Below, piece by piece: positions 26,801-38,412 of a stretch of DNA of 38,412 nucleotides. The notes beneath the pieces were generated by a model, which was not told the origin of the DNA, searched no databases, and saw nothing but the letters and a program-made list of their open reading frames with translations. Origin of the DNA: Vezdaea acicularis (lineage: Eukaryota). The stretch spans positions 1-38,412 of the forward strand of contig JAPEUI010000141.1 in assembly GCA_026025075.1 (NCBI GenBank), written 5' to 3'. A program made the translations under genes and the position numbers. The stretch's first letter is position 1. Each line of letters opens with the position of its first letter.

Positions 26801-27514
26801 AGCTCCACTTGACCTGTGAGCTGGCTTGTAAAACGACCTTGCAGCGATCTCTTTGAATTTTTCGACGCCAGAAAGGGTAGGTTCTTTGTTTGTATTCCCT
26901 GTCTTAGACCCGCCGGCACCACTACTTTTACCGGTTGTAAAAGTGGTTGGGGTGATGTTTGCCCGTCGTGCATCATTCTCACTGTCGGAGGAGGCCCCTC
27001 TGTAACGAGGGCGAGCATCATCGTCGCTAATGTCAATCACCTCGGCCTTTTTCACTGGAGATCTCTGAACACCATATGGAAGTCTGAATGCCGTCCCTGC
27101 AGGAGCCATTGCACTCGCAAGGATCCCACCTCCTCGCCGTGGCGCTGGCTTCCATGCCGTCGGCCGCTTCTCTGGAGGCTGCAACGGAGAAGATGCTTCA
27201 ACATGTACAACTGGCTGTGTCTCTTCTTTTCTTCTTGTTCTCTGCGTCGGCTGTGCCTCCTTCCCTATTATCTGCGTCGGCTGTGTGACATAGGGCTCTT
27301 GGGATGAACGAAGTTGGGTCTGCGTCTGAGATGGCATTCGTCGATCAATGATGAGCGTTGGCTCTGTTTCGAACTCTTCAAGCAGGTCATCACCGCTATC
27401 TTCATCGGAATTGTATTCTTTCTGCGATGTTTGTGACTTCCCGTCCACGAGCTTTCGGCGTTTGACAGGCGATTCCGGAATCGTATCTAACTCTCGACGT
27501 CTGGAAGAGGCCAT
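23893..27514 (-). CDS. FUN30: Fun30/SMARCAD1-family SNF2 chromatin remodeller
   Basis: CUE-like segment (QAVIP...ALIHHKGNYDNALDAI), LKDYQLVGLNWL, ILADEMGLGKT, DEAH, LLLTGTPLQNNL, FSQF, FLLST.AGG.GINL, QAENRAHRVGQ. Introns 25414-25467 and 25231-25279. Confidence 0.92.
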
Positions 27515-28068
27515 GCTGGAAGAGCTCTAAGTGCGTAGACAAGTCTGAAAAAAGGATCTGATGCTATGACGGCGAAACTAGGGAACGTAATGTGAATATA
27601 GGACTTCCGGAAAACACCAATCACGCTTGCGACACCCAAGGAAGGTACAAAGGGAACCTAGAAAGATCTCTTTATACTAAAGAGAAATAGATCGCGAATT
27701 AGCAACGCTGAAGCTCATAATGCATTGCTTTCTATATGGTGCATTGAAACTGCTGTATCGTGGAGGCAGGAACAGAGAGAGAGAATGTTGTATGTTAGGA
27801 AAGCGAAGGGTATCCCGCACACATACCTTTGCCATCGCCGGAAACCGTCTTAGCGCGTTTATCTACCACTTCCAGGCGCGTTGAAAGCGCGACGTCCACC
27901 GTGACGTCCACCGTAGCCGCTAAAGTACCGAGCCGAGCAAAGCGCCCAACGAGCGCCCAGCGAGCCCGCAAAGCAAAGCCGAGGCCGAGACCTTCAAGAG
28001 CTCAACCCCACAATAACCTCGTCCCAAGCTTCAACAACACGAGTTTGGAATCTCATGAACAATTAGCC

Positions 28069-28541
28069 ATGACGTCCCGCCGCATAATTAATAGCGAGAA
28101 GACTATATTGGACAAGGATGACCGGACAGACTTCACACCCTCCGCATCTGGGAAATCGGATATTTCTCCTGCGGTCCCGACGTACGTACTGCCTTCCGCT
28201 TGAACGCTGTTTCCGCCTACTGCTACGAGAGTTCAAGGGAATGTGCTGACGACGAGCTGTGCATAGGGCTGTGATCGTAAAGTTACTAGGGTTTACGCTG
28301 GCTATGGTGACGGGGCCTATCTCGACGTATTTTTTGAGTAGGGACTATATCTTTAAAGGTGGGATATATTTGGTGTTTGCGAGACAGTGGACTTGTTGGG
28401 AGCTGACGGCTTGAGAAAGGCAATTCGACATTCGCAGGGGCGACGGCGGCGATTATGGCAAATGTAGTGCTGATTGCTTATGTGGTCGTCGCGATGAAGG
28501 AGGATCAGGGGGAGCAGGAGAAGGAGAAGAAGTCGTTATAG
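28069..28541 (+). CDS. VMA21: V-ATPase assembly factor Vma21
   Basis: Exons 28069-28181, 28267-28358 and 28420-28541 give ...PAVPTAVIVKLLGFTLAMVTGPISTYF...GNSTFAGATAAIMANVVLIAYVVVAMKED...EKKSL*: two TM helices and a C-terminal KKxx ER-retrieval motif. The ORF track misses most of it. Confidence 0.93.
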
Positions 28542-29194
28542 GGTGCCTTTGTGGCGCAGGGTCTTATGCCTCCGAATTTCAGCGGTAGCGGTCGGCGTTC
28601 AGGAGACTCATACTCTTCAATTTATGGGAATGATAGTCGGTATAGCTCCATGGTTCGCGTAAACTTATTGGATTGGCCTGTCTTTCGCAAGATATCAAGA
28701 TTAAGTAGCAAAATGGTCTATAACAAGATATTATGACATTGAGCGTAACAAAGACTTCATTATTCACCTCCAAACCTCATTAGTCTTCTCGGTCGTAGCG
28801 TGTCATGCATGATAATTAAGAAGAGATAGGATTGTCCAAAGCAACTCATCCGCAAACGCCAGTTGTGCCGGGGTAGGATATAGGGATTTCTGCAGAAGAG
28901 AAATGCCACATATCCAAACAGTATGTCCAAGATGCAAAGGTGGAGATGATTAATGAAACTAATAGCGATTCGAAAAAGATGCCGTTTCCCATTTAAGCTC
29001 AAGAAGTTTGATTATGTCATTAAAGCGCTGGTCGGTCATAGAATCCTCACACCCCACTGCGCAGGGCTCACCTTCAAAGTCGCCGAATTCATATCAAACC
29101 GAGAAATTCGAATGGACAAATACTCAACATGGACATAGAACTTGAATGAGGAGTTTCCAGTCTGAGACAAGACCACTTGTATTGGAGACAATGC

Positions 29195-30612
29195 TCAAGA
29201 CCGGCTAAACCTCTTGAACCAGCTCTTACGTTTCTCGCCAGGACCAGGTCTTCCGTTCTGTGACAGTGATTGCGCTTGCGGTGGGGCATTTAATTTGATA
29301 GGTACACGGTTAATCGGTAAGTTCATCTTTGGGGGCGGTGGAGGTGCTTGTCCATAACCATTGTTCTGATTCTGAGTGTAATAGCTCCCTCCATTCATTA
29401 TGTGCGCAGACGGATACTGGCTGCCATTCTGATTGTACTCAGGGAAATTCGCCTGTATAGGGGCTCCATTACCGAAATCTGTTAATCCGTAGTTGTCAGT
29501 TGGTTGGTCGTTCCTTACGGGCTTGGTGACATGGGAAATGCGATCTACGGAACTGTTCTCCGAGCTAGGATCTGTTGAGTTACCACCTCGATCTGTTCCG
29601 TGACTAATGTTCGCCGATCCCATTGAAGTGACGGTATCATACGATTGTTGGTAACCAGGAGATGGGTAGATGCTTTGGTTTTGACCGTTACCATTGCTGA
29701 GAGTGTGGTGCACGACAGGTTCCGAATTTAATCTTTGGTTGAATCGAGTGCGGTTCTGGTTATAGTAGGAGTTGGGTGGCGTGTTTCTGCCGGCAAAGCT
29801 GTCGGGCCGCATCGCACCCCGTGAATTATAAGTTCCCCCGTTCTGACCATATCTAGGGCCGTTCTGACCGTGATCGCCTGAGGAAATCGGAAGCGTTAGT
29901 ATCGAAACTCAGTAAACCGAAAGAATGGGAAGCTGTTGTGCGTACTTTGTATGTAGCTACTGCGTCGGCTATATCCATTATCAACAACTTCCGACGATGC
30001 TATAGGAAGGTATTAGCTTTGCTTATCGATGGGCTAGTACTTTTGTTGGCCGTACCAGTACGAGGTGGCATGTAGCTCTTTCTATGACTACCTTCGATAG
30101 CGGCCTCAAACGATCGAATAGTATCTAGTGGACGTTCCCATCTGCTTCGAGTAGGGTTCGATCGATCAGGCTCCGCTACAGATTTCGTTAGGACGGGCGC
30201 CTAAGCTTTCTTCATATTCGATGAGAGCTCACAAATTATGTTTCCATTTATATCTCGGTGCTGCATTAAACGGAGTGACTCCGCATGCTGCGTCTGCTGT
30301 TCTGTTAAGGCTAGAACAGCTACGAGGTTGTCAGAAGGTGTTAATGGTTTGATTTCTGCGGACTGAAGGAAGGTAGCTTGCAACGGGCTACTGGGAGCAC
30401 CTACAAGGTTCAAGCTCAGACACTGCTAACCGTGGGTCGGCTTTGGATGTAAGGCTTCTTTGCGGTTTGTGTTTGGGGCTTGCTGGGAGCTCAGTATGTT
30501 GCGATTCTTTGCTGTTCCTCCCTTTGTCAGATTTGCGGCTTGTGAAGCTGAATCCTGATTTGGACCGGGGACGCTTCAGCGCATCTTCACGTTGCTGTTG
30601 TTCATAAGACAT
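29195..30612 (-). CDS. DUF2406 family protein
   Basis: Multi-exon: SKADP..A..E.EP, LR.MQHRD.NGNII, PDRSNPTRSRWERPLDTIRSFEAAI, then a low-complexity N/Q/G region with STDPSSENSS and C-terminal KRKSWFKRFSRS. Confidence 0.85.
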
Positions 30613-32073
30613 CACGAGAGGTGTTCGTGAGGGAGGTAAGTAAGTGCGAGATTTTCGAAACGGTGAAAAGCGTTGCGCTGGAAGAACCTCAACACTCGCG
30701 ACAGTGACCTTCAAAAAGGGTTCGAAGTCTGGAACGAGTGAAGAATCCAACGATAGGAACAGAGAAGGTTCGAATATTTTGCTAAAATCTGTTGATCAAC
30801 CAGCCATTCCTAAATTAGGTCATGGCGCGAGAAAGCAATCAGGGTGTTCGCGGGTGGCTGGTACCCTTGGACTAGCGAATGAGTGAATGCCTGCTACGTG
30901 TTTCGCAGAGGACTGGTGGAGGTGCAAAGGCGACGGAGACGACAGTTGAAGGTTGATTGAAACGAGTGGAGCAGTCGATTGTCTAGGATAATAGGAATGC
31001 GGAGCAGCGGCGAATAGCTTGTATGCGGAACGGAGGAGCGAAGGACGATGAGGAAGGCGGAGTGTGGTGAGAAACGTCGCACGGAACATGGCGGTATGAG
31101 GACATTGGGGAAACTGGTGGCGGCGGTCTTAGCGTATGACGGGACGCGCACACAGTGGAGGCCGTCCGCACATGGGATGTGTGATAAGCCCGCACGGCCT
31201 GGAGACAAGCGACGAAAGCTCGTTGGGGGGATATCTGAAGTTCGTCGGCCCTGGCTGGGCCGTTAGTCCGGCCGTGGGCCCCATCACCATCATCGATCAT
31301 CATGCTGTTGCAGCCGCCCTCTTTTACCCAGACAAAAGTACTCGTTGAGTCTCGGCTCATCTCCAATTCATGTTGCGGGTGAACGCATGTAGGGAAATAC
31401 ACTTTGAGCTGGAGGATCTCATTCTCGAGGATGTCTATTCTGTCAATCGTCAATCAATGTTGATTCCGCTTTACAGCGAGCCTCTGACAAGCACTGATGT
31501 AAATAATCGTTCCGCCTAGCTTGGGCTAATTCTGATAGAAGGTGTGCTTTAAGGAAAAAGAAACCGGGAATGGAATCTGGCTGTATACGTCATGGCTAAA
31601 GCATTTGGATGTTAGTTTTGTGCATAGCGGGGCTCAATCATCGGAAGGTGCACATCGCAATACCGCTATCGCAGCATCCATTTAGTTCAGAGCTTTAAGG
31701 TCAGAGAAAGAGAGAAGCGTCTCACTGATAGGGCATGGCTCCTTCTATGCTCTTGGTATCGGTACCAACCTTACCCGGTCAACAAGAGCTTGCAACCAAA
31801 TCGGATTCTCGGATGGTCAGGGAACTGCGAGTTGAAGCTTGGCTTGTCGGGGTTTCGCGGTGCCGTCCCTTTCATCTTGTTTCTTCAACGCATAGCTATA
31901 GCATGAACCATGCACACGCCAAGTTGGAGGATAGTGGATTCATTTGTTGATTTACATGTGATGCAATTGGATCCGCCATATGAGAGTGTAGTAGTCGAGC
32001 TATTTCCCATTGCTCGCCGAGGATCCCACCACGTTCTCCATCATAAGCCCCAACCTGCATGTAGTACGCCAAT

Positions 32074-32973
32074 CTAGATTGAAGAAGGATAAAGCATGAC
32101 GCGAACCGAAGCGCCAAATGACTTTGGAGGAAGATTGCGCCTGAATTGTGCTCTCACGACGCCTGAATTGCCTAGAAACGAACAGTCAGTCGTGTGAAGA
32201 TTTTTACCAAGATGATCCAGAGAACACAAACCATGTGGCCGAGTGACTTTACCCCAGATAACACGAATCTTTGAGCCACGGACTTCTCGCTGAGCCCTGT
32301 AGACGAATGCGACCTTCTTGCCAAGGTAGAAGCTGAACGCCAAACTCTGTTAGCAACTGACTGGGAAGGCCAAAATGGACAACAACTACTTGCCTTGCTG
32401 CTTTGGGGTCATCCACACCCTCTATATACGATAGGTTAGCCCGTTGTCTGGATAGCTGTAAAATGTGCGCTGTCTCGACATTCGGTGAAATGCGTACCAA
32501 TCTTCACCAAACTTATCATCGAGTCAGTAGAGCTTTTATGAAACAGCGAGGCGTGATGTGTGTGGGCCTACCTTGTCCCCGGGTTTGTGTTACGCTTTCC
32601 CCTCTGATAGCTGAGATGCCGTCCCCTAAGAGCCCGCCCGTTAGAGTCCTATCTAATTACGGAAATGACAGCCTTTTCTTCAGATAACTCGAACCTAAAT
32701 GCTAGAAATGACGCATGGATTACATGAAGGTTGAATGCAATGGATGATCCCGGTTTCGTGAGATTTCGTGAAGGGTCGAACTTACTTGACGTATACTATA
32801 ATAAGATCTAGCGTTAGCTATGTGCCTGCTAGGTTTGATCTAGTGGGAGAGATGATATGTGAAGCTCTCGCCCGAGAGAGGGACCCCCAACAACGCACAG
32901 CATTACAAGCAAGACCTATTCATTGAGGAGAGGAGGGGCTACACTTACATCTGTGACCACTTTCGGAAGGCAT
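32074..32973 (-). CDS. RPL33: 60S ribosomal protein eL33 (L35a)
   Basis: 7 exons (32973-32949, 32795-32786, 32625-32572, 32511-32498, 32421-32394, 32332-32232, 32171-32074) give [109 protein letters not shown]. Confidence 0.96.
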
Positions 32974-33378
32974 TTTGAGGATTGATGTGATTGGAAGAGA
33001 ACTTAATCTCTTAAATCAAAGATTGATTCAGACCACTCTTTCAGGAACGAAGAGTCGTTGTTGTGGCGTGAATCGTGGCCGTCAAAGGTTGCTCATCAGT
33101 AAAAATCGGCCGGATCCGTTGGTGCGTTTGATGATTTCCTCGCTTGCAACAACGGTCACGTGGATCATGCCGGCGGTCGCTTAGGGCTTAAACGCGACCG
33201 ACTGATGGTTTCTCTTATTCACACCTGAGCATCCATATATAACTGACTGCAACATCTTCAGGCTTCAGAAATCATCGCTGCTTGTCCAACGCTTCGGTAT
33301 CCCATTGGTGGCGCAAACGTGAAAGGTACCATCTCTATGCTACGGTGCTCTATTTATGGCCTTATATAAGACGAACAC

Positions 33379-34456
33379 TCACTCGGCGCTTTCCTCAACT
33401 ACGATTACGCCCTCTTCCTCTTCCTCGCCCTCTTCTTCTTCCTTGCTTTCGTCTCGCCCCTCCTCAGACTCTAGCTCTGGCCCGGACTCAGGCTCAGGCT
33501 CAACCTTGGGTTCATCCGCTGATTCGTCTACTATGACTGGTTCTGGTGGTGGTAGGACTGCCTCCGCTCTACGTAACCAATCAGCATACATCCCGAGGAT
33601 AACTGGCGTCACCATAGTGCCTTTATTACCTACTTGTCAGCATTCGCTGCGGACTCTTGTACAAGTCTTTTAATATCTTGCAACTCCTCTTTAACGACTC
33701 CCATTTCGCCTATCAAGTCATGCGCATCTCCCCCTGCCTTATCGATGCTGTTTGTTGCAAGCGTTAGTGTTTAATGCTATCCATATGTCTCTTGATGTCA
33801 CTTACGTGTTATCATTCACTGCTGTCTTCACCTCTTTCACCTCATCATGGATTTTACCGACTTCAAAGATGACTTTCTTGACGTTATCATCGAGGTTCTT
33901 GTTTTGGTCTAATAATTTCACCGTCCCATCATCGATTCGAAGTACTGTTAGGATACTCTCAGTCGGCAAGATCTCATGGGCAATAATCTCCTAACATTCT
34001 CAACTTACTGCGCTGTTCCATCAGACTAATACGATCTTCTAACGAGGATTGTCGATTTGTGATGTCTCTCAACGCTTGGTCGTTTGATTTTACAGTTTTG
34101 GAGATCTTCGACAGACCCAGCAGGATTTGCTTAAGCAACTTGTTCTCCTGAGACTCTGTCTGCTCCTCGACGTCGGTAATTCGGGGACGCTCTTGTCTTG
34201 GAGGCATGCCAAGAGGTACCATCATACCTGGAGGGTGGCCTGGGCTTCCTGGATGTCCAGGCGGGAAAGGACTGAACATTGGGGGTGGAAAGCCCGGGTG
34301 AACACCGGGCGGCAGATTCATTGGTGAGAACATCTGTATGGTGTAAGAAGTCCCAGCAGTCGATGGTTGGTTCTGGGACTTAGAAGGAAATCTTTCTCCA
34401 GCACTCTTCACAGAACTACTGTTTTCGGATTGTGCTGAGGATGGACCTGCCGACAT
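33379..34456 (-). CDS. Hypothetical protein: Pro-rich N-terminus, coiled-coil middle, acidic tail
   Basis: The ORF from 34456 continues through GTAAGT/GTAGGT...YAG introns (~34008-33945, ~33804-33748, ~33633-33569) into ILRIDDGTVKLLDQNKNLDDNVKKVIFEVGKIHDEVKEVK..., ...VKEELQDIKRLVQESAANADK and AEAVLPPPEP...EEEEGEEEEE. The 3' end is uncertain. Confidence 0.6.
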
Positions 34457-34606
34457 GGACTCTTATCACTTCCAACCATAGATCAAAGTCGAGAGTTTTA
34501 ACCGATTACCGCGTGCCCTCGGAAGCAGGGATCTGACAGAACGCTGCAGTGAGAAATCGCTTAAAAGATAACTGAGAAGCATGAAGTTGCTTGCTGATAT
34601 CTGGGC

Positions 34607-34960
34607 ATGTCCTCTTGGACCGACTACATTCGTCGCAGTAGAGCAGTCCGTAAGACTGATGTTCAGAATATTGGAGTCATCTTAAGCTCCTACCCACGAC
34701 TTTTGAAAGCACATCAGAAGTATGCATGCATTGGGCAATTCTTGCATTGGGATCACTCCCCGCCACGACTTGCTCGATTATTGGCTGACGAACTTGAGAG
34801 CGACGCGCCCTATGCGGAGTGGCTGCGGGACAATTGCCGAAAAGCGATTGGCTCCCTCTCGGGGATTTACGCGGGAGATTTTTGGATTATGACGGCACAA
34901 GCCCAAGCCTTTGAGGAGCTCGCAGCTTATAGATTATCGAGAATCTCACGCTTCATTTAG
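34607..34960 (+). CDS. Possible small orphan ORF (117 aa)
   Basis: ATG-initiated ORF in an otherwise empty interval, with a helical-looking second half. No recognisable motif. Confidence 0.25.
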   Translation: MSSWTDYIRRSRAVRKTDVQNIGVILSSYPRLLKAHQKYACIGQFLHWDHSPPRLARLLADELESDAPYAEWLRDNCRKAIGSLSGIYAGDFWIMTAQAQAFEELAAYRLSRISRFI

Positions 34961-35467
34961 GTGCTATTTTACGACCTAAGTAGCATCAAGATGCACTGCC
35001 ACAGATTAATCCTCTTGCCTTTGGCATTGCCGAATAGCATGTTTAAGCATGAGTAAATGTCTCCAATAGATCTGCGGGGGATTGCGACCGTGAGTGCAAG
35101 CATTCCCAGCTTAGGAACCCCATTGCGCGACCCTTCGTCATCCGTCCCTTCCCGCGACCACCAGATTCCATATACACCTCTAGTACTTATCTCTCAAAAC
35201 TTCCAAAGCTCGTACGCAACTGTCCGTGTTTGAATTGCATTCCAAAGATTAGCCAGATTGCATTCAGGGACACGCGCACGTAAGGTGAGAATCATTGGAT
35301 CCCTTACATCACCGACTCGTCGGTCCTCAATTGCCCCGCGTTCGCGCCCAACGAGAAAGTATGTTGTTCCATAACTACGCCCGCTTCACCCAGCGTCCTA
35401 ATTCGAAGATTCAAGAAGACACTCTAGGTCTCGAGTTTCTCTCAGTCTAGTTCATAAACTTTCGAGA

Positions 35468-37636
35468 ATGTCGGACACCGTCATTCATCCTGAGGTGCAT
35501 CAGGACGCGGGGTAAGCTAGCCTACTTGGTCTCGTATCTATCTTGAGCCATGACAGGACACCGATTGCCATCGGATGATCCGGATGGACTCCTACTGAAT
35601 CTGGTCTTACTAGATGGCAATTTCTAACATATGCCCAACACTGAGCATGAATTGGCAACGTATGCCCGTGGAAATTAGGAGGCTGACAACAGACGTCTTG
35701 ACCTAGAAATATTGAGCTAAAAGAGAACACTGTAATAGTGGTTCTTGGAGCTTCTGGGGATCTTGCAAAGAAAAAGACCGTACGAATTTCACAAAACCCT
35801 TGGATATTTGTTACTGTGCTGATTGTCGATGGTTGTAGTTTCCAGCGCTCTTTGGCTTGGTCAGTCCGGAGACCGCACTCCTGCTTCCAAATATATATGC
35901 TGATTATCTCGAAGCATCGCAATGCATTCCTACCGAAAGACATCCAAATTGTCGGATATGCTCGAACTAAGATGGACCATACCGAATTTCTCAAACGGGT
36001 CAAGTCTTACATCAAGACTCCCACGCCAGCGATAGAGGAACAGCTGGAGGATTTTTGCAAACTATGCACCTATGTCTCTGGGCAATACGATCAGGATGAG
36101 TCATTTGTGGAATTGAACAAACACCTTGAGGAGCTTGAAAAAGGGAGAAAGGAACAAAATCGAGTCTTCTACATGGCATTGCCACCTAGCGTATTTACAA
36201 CGGTTTCAGAACATATCAAAAAAAACTGCTATCCAAAGAAAGGCATTGCACGGATTATAGTAAGCCAACTCTGACTCAGAATTCGGGAATGCAATCTGAA
36301 CTTCCTGCCCGTGCCTGTAGGTTGAGAAGCCATTTGGAAAAGATCTCGAGAGCTCGCGAAAACTTCAGAAGGCGTTGGAACCGAATTGGAAGGAAGAGGA
36401 GATTTTCCGTATTGACCATTATCTTGGGAAAGAAATGGTCAAGAACATTCTGATCTTACGGTTCGGTAACGAGTTCTTTGGTGCTACATGGAATAGAAAC
36501 CATATCGACAATGTCCAGGTAAGAGAGCGATAAACCTAAGGTCCTGCGGCGCTGATGTCATCAAGATTGCTTTCAAAGAGCCATTTGGCACAGAAGGGCG
36601 GGGAGGTTATTTTGACGAATTTGGCATCATCCGAGATGTCATGCAGAACCGTAAGTCAAGGGCGAGCGGAGTCATCATGATTAATATCTGATCCTTTCAA
36701 TTAGACCTTCTCCAAGTTCTTACTCTTCTTGCAATGGAGCGGCCAATATCGTTCTCTGCTGAAGACATTCGAGACGAGAAGGTAAGGCAAAGCTTTCATC
36801 ACATAGGAAAGCTCTGACATGCATCCAGGTCCGGGTACTTCGAGGAATGGCTCCCATCGAACCAAAGAATGTAATAATCGGGCAGTACGGCAAGTCGCTT
36901 GATGGAACGAAGCCAGCTTATAAAGAAGACGACACTGTACCAAAAGACTCCCGATGCCCAACATTTTGTGCCATGGTAGCATATATAAAGAACGAGCGAT
37001 GGGACGGTGTACCATTCATACTCAAGGCTGGCAAATGTACGCCCACTAGCTCCCCATCACACATGTTCTCAATCAGAGACTAACAAACACTGAAGCGTTG
37101 AACGAGCAGAAAACCGAGGTGCGAATTCAATTTAAGGACGTCACATCAGGTATCTTCAAGAATATACCTAGGAACGAGCTGGTCATTCGAGTTCAACCAA
37201 ATGAGAGTGTCTACATCAAGATGAACTCAAAGCTTCCTGGCTTGAGCATGCAGACTGTCGTCACAGAGCTAGATCTTACTTACAGGAGGAGATTTTCCGA
37301 CCTGAAGATCCCGGAGGCATATGAATCCCTGATTCTGGACGCGCTGAAAGGCGATCACTCCAACTTTGTACGTGATGATGAGCTTGATGCGAGTTGGAAA
37401 ATGTTCTCCCCATTACTACATTACTTGGATGATAACAAGGAAATCATACCAATGGAATATCCGTATGGTCAGTTGTTCCTCCTTACCCTGATTATGTGCA
37501 ACCTCCTTCTTAACAGATGATAGGCTCTCGAGGACCAGCGGTATTGGATGATTTCACGGCGTCGTATGGTTACAAGTTCAGTGATGCTTCAGGCTATCAA
37601 TGGCCACTAGCAGCGGATAATCCAAACAAACAGTGA
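35468..37636 (+). CDS. ZWF1: Glucose-6-phosphate 1-dehydrogenase
   Basis: [95 protein letters not shown]; ends [13 protein letters not shown]. Multi-intron. Confidence 0.97.
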
Positions 37637-38101
37637 TGGCTCTAGTGACATGAAAGGACACTAGAAATTGCTCCAGTAATTGTTTTGGGGGACAACCACT
37701 CTTAAAGTAGCCAACCATGGCAAATAGTAGCAGGACAAAACAAGTGAATATCCATGCTGGACTCTCATGAGATAACTATGGAACTCCCGCCAAGCTGTCT
37801 AGGAACTTTATCTCCAACCCCCTGCAATATGATAGCCTTATCGAGATTAGGAAAAGAAGACGTGAGACAAATAACTCCACAAATATGACCATTATATCCA
37901 TTGCAAACGTGCATTACATACATTGTGAACTATAGTGTTGCTATAGTACCTCTGAAGTCTCATCATGTAAAGTATATGACCTTAGCTGGCGAGAATCCTC
38001 CTAGACTCGTCATGAGCCTCAGATGATTATTCTGAACGTTTCCAAGGTCTCAATGGACCATACTTCAGCGGAAATTATCAGCCTCTTTTCTATAGCCGGG
38101 A

Positions 38102-38412
38102 ATGACCGCAATGGCTGAACACACATCTCCTCTTCCTGGGGGCTTCCTGCCTTCCCCACCAGCGACTACAGCAACCCCCGCATCATCCGTCGCTGACTCT
38201 GTACTTCCCCGTCCACGCACCCACATATTAAGGCCTGGCAGCCACCGTGAGACTGAGTTCATTTCGTATGTCGACGCAGGGATCAAGAATGTTACACGGC
38301 GCTATGCGAAGAAGTTCATGGGGGCCGTGGAGGGGGAAGGCGCATCGCGAGGGTACGAGAAGTTCAAGGAAGTTGCTCAGGATATAAGTAAACTCGTCGA
38401 TGTCATATGGGT
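38102..38412 (+). CDS. 5' part of a Tfb6-like (TFIIH-associated) protein, running off the right edge
   Basis: Open frame from ATG 38102/38111: GGFLPSPP...LPRPR.H.LRPGS..E..FI.YVD.GI....RRYAKKF...GY..F.EV..D...LVDVIW, which I recognise as the Pezizomycotina Tfb6-like family. Absent from the ORF track because it has no stop in the window. Confidence 0.7.
   Translation, partial: MTAMAEHTSPLPGGFLPSPPATTATPASSVADSVLPRPRTHILRPGSHRETEFISYVDAGIKNVTRRYAKKFMGAVEGEGASRGYEKFKEVAQDISKLVDVIW

Noticed and set aside
37634..37645. Stop-codon readthrough producing a peroxisomal G6PD
   Set aside because: The context is TGA TGG, not TGA CTA, and the extension ends ...WL, which is not a PTS1.

Overview
Intron-rich eukaryotic DNA from a filamentous ascomycete (GT-AG introns of about 45-85 nt with CTRAC branch sites, and Pezizomycotina-type genes). 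The left ~9 kb looks accessory. It holds an intact 8-exon fungal NLR-type immune receptor (NACHT_N-like N-terminus, NACHT, ~18 ankyrin repeats) between two membrane-protein genes of unknown function. Near-identical 99-bp ankyrin units differ almost only by non-synonymous C>T/G>A transitions, mostly CpA/TpG>TpA. This suggests cytosine-targeted (RIP-like) mutation diversifying a working receptor, and is the most interesting signal here. The rest is mostly housekeeping: a DUF2415/Gid11-like WD40 gene, ERG10 thiolase, SNU114, a Zn2Cys6 transcription factor, CIA2, FUN30, VMA21, a DUF2406 gene, RPL33 (two micro-exons and a GC-AG intron), a coiled-coil orphan, G6PD and the start of a Tfb6-like gene. 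Exon models were spliced by hand and family names come from motif recognition, not database searches.
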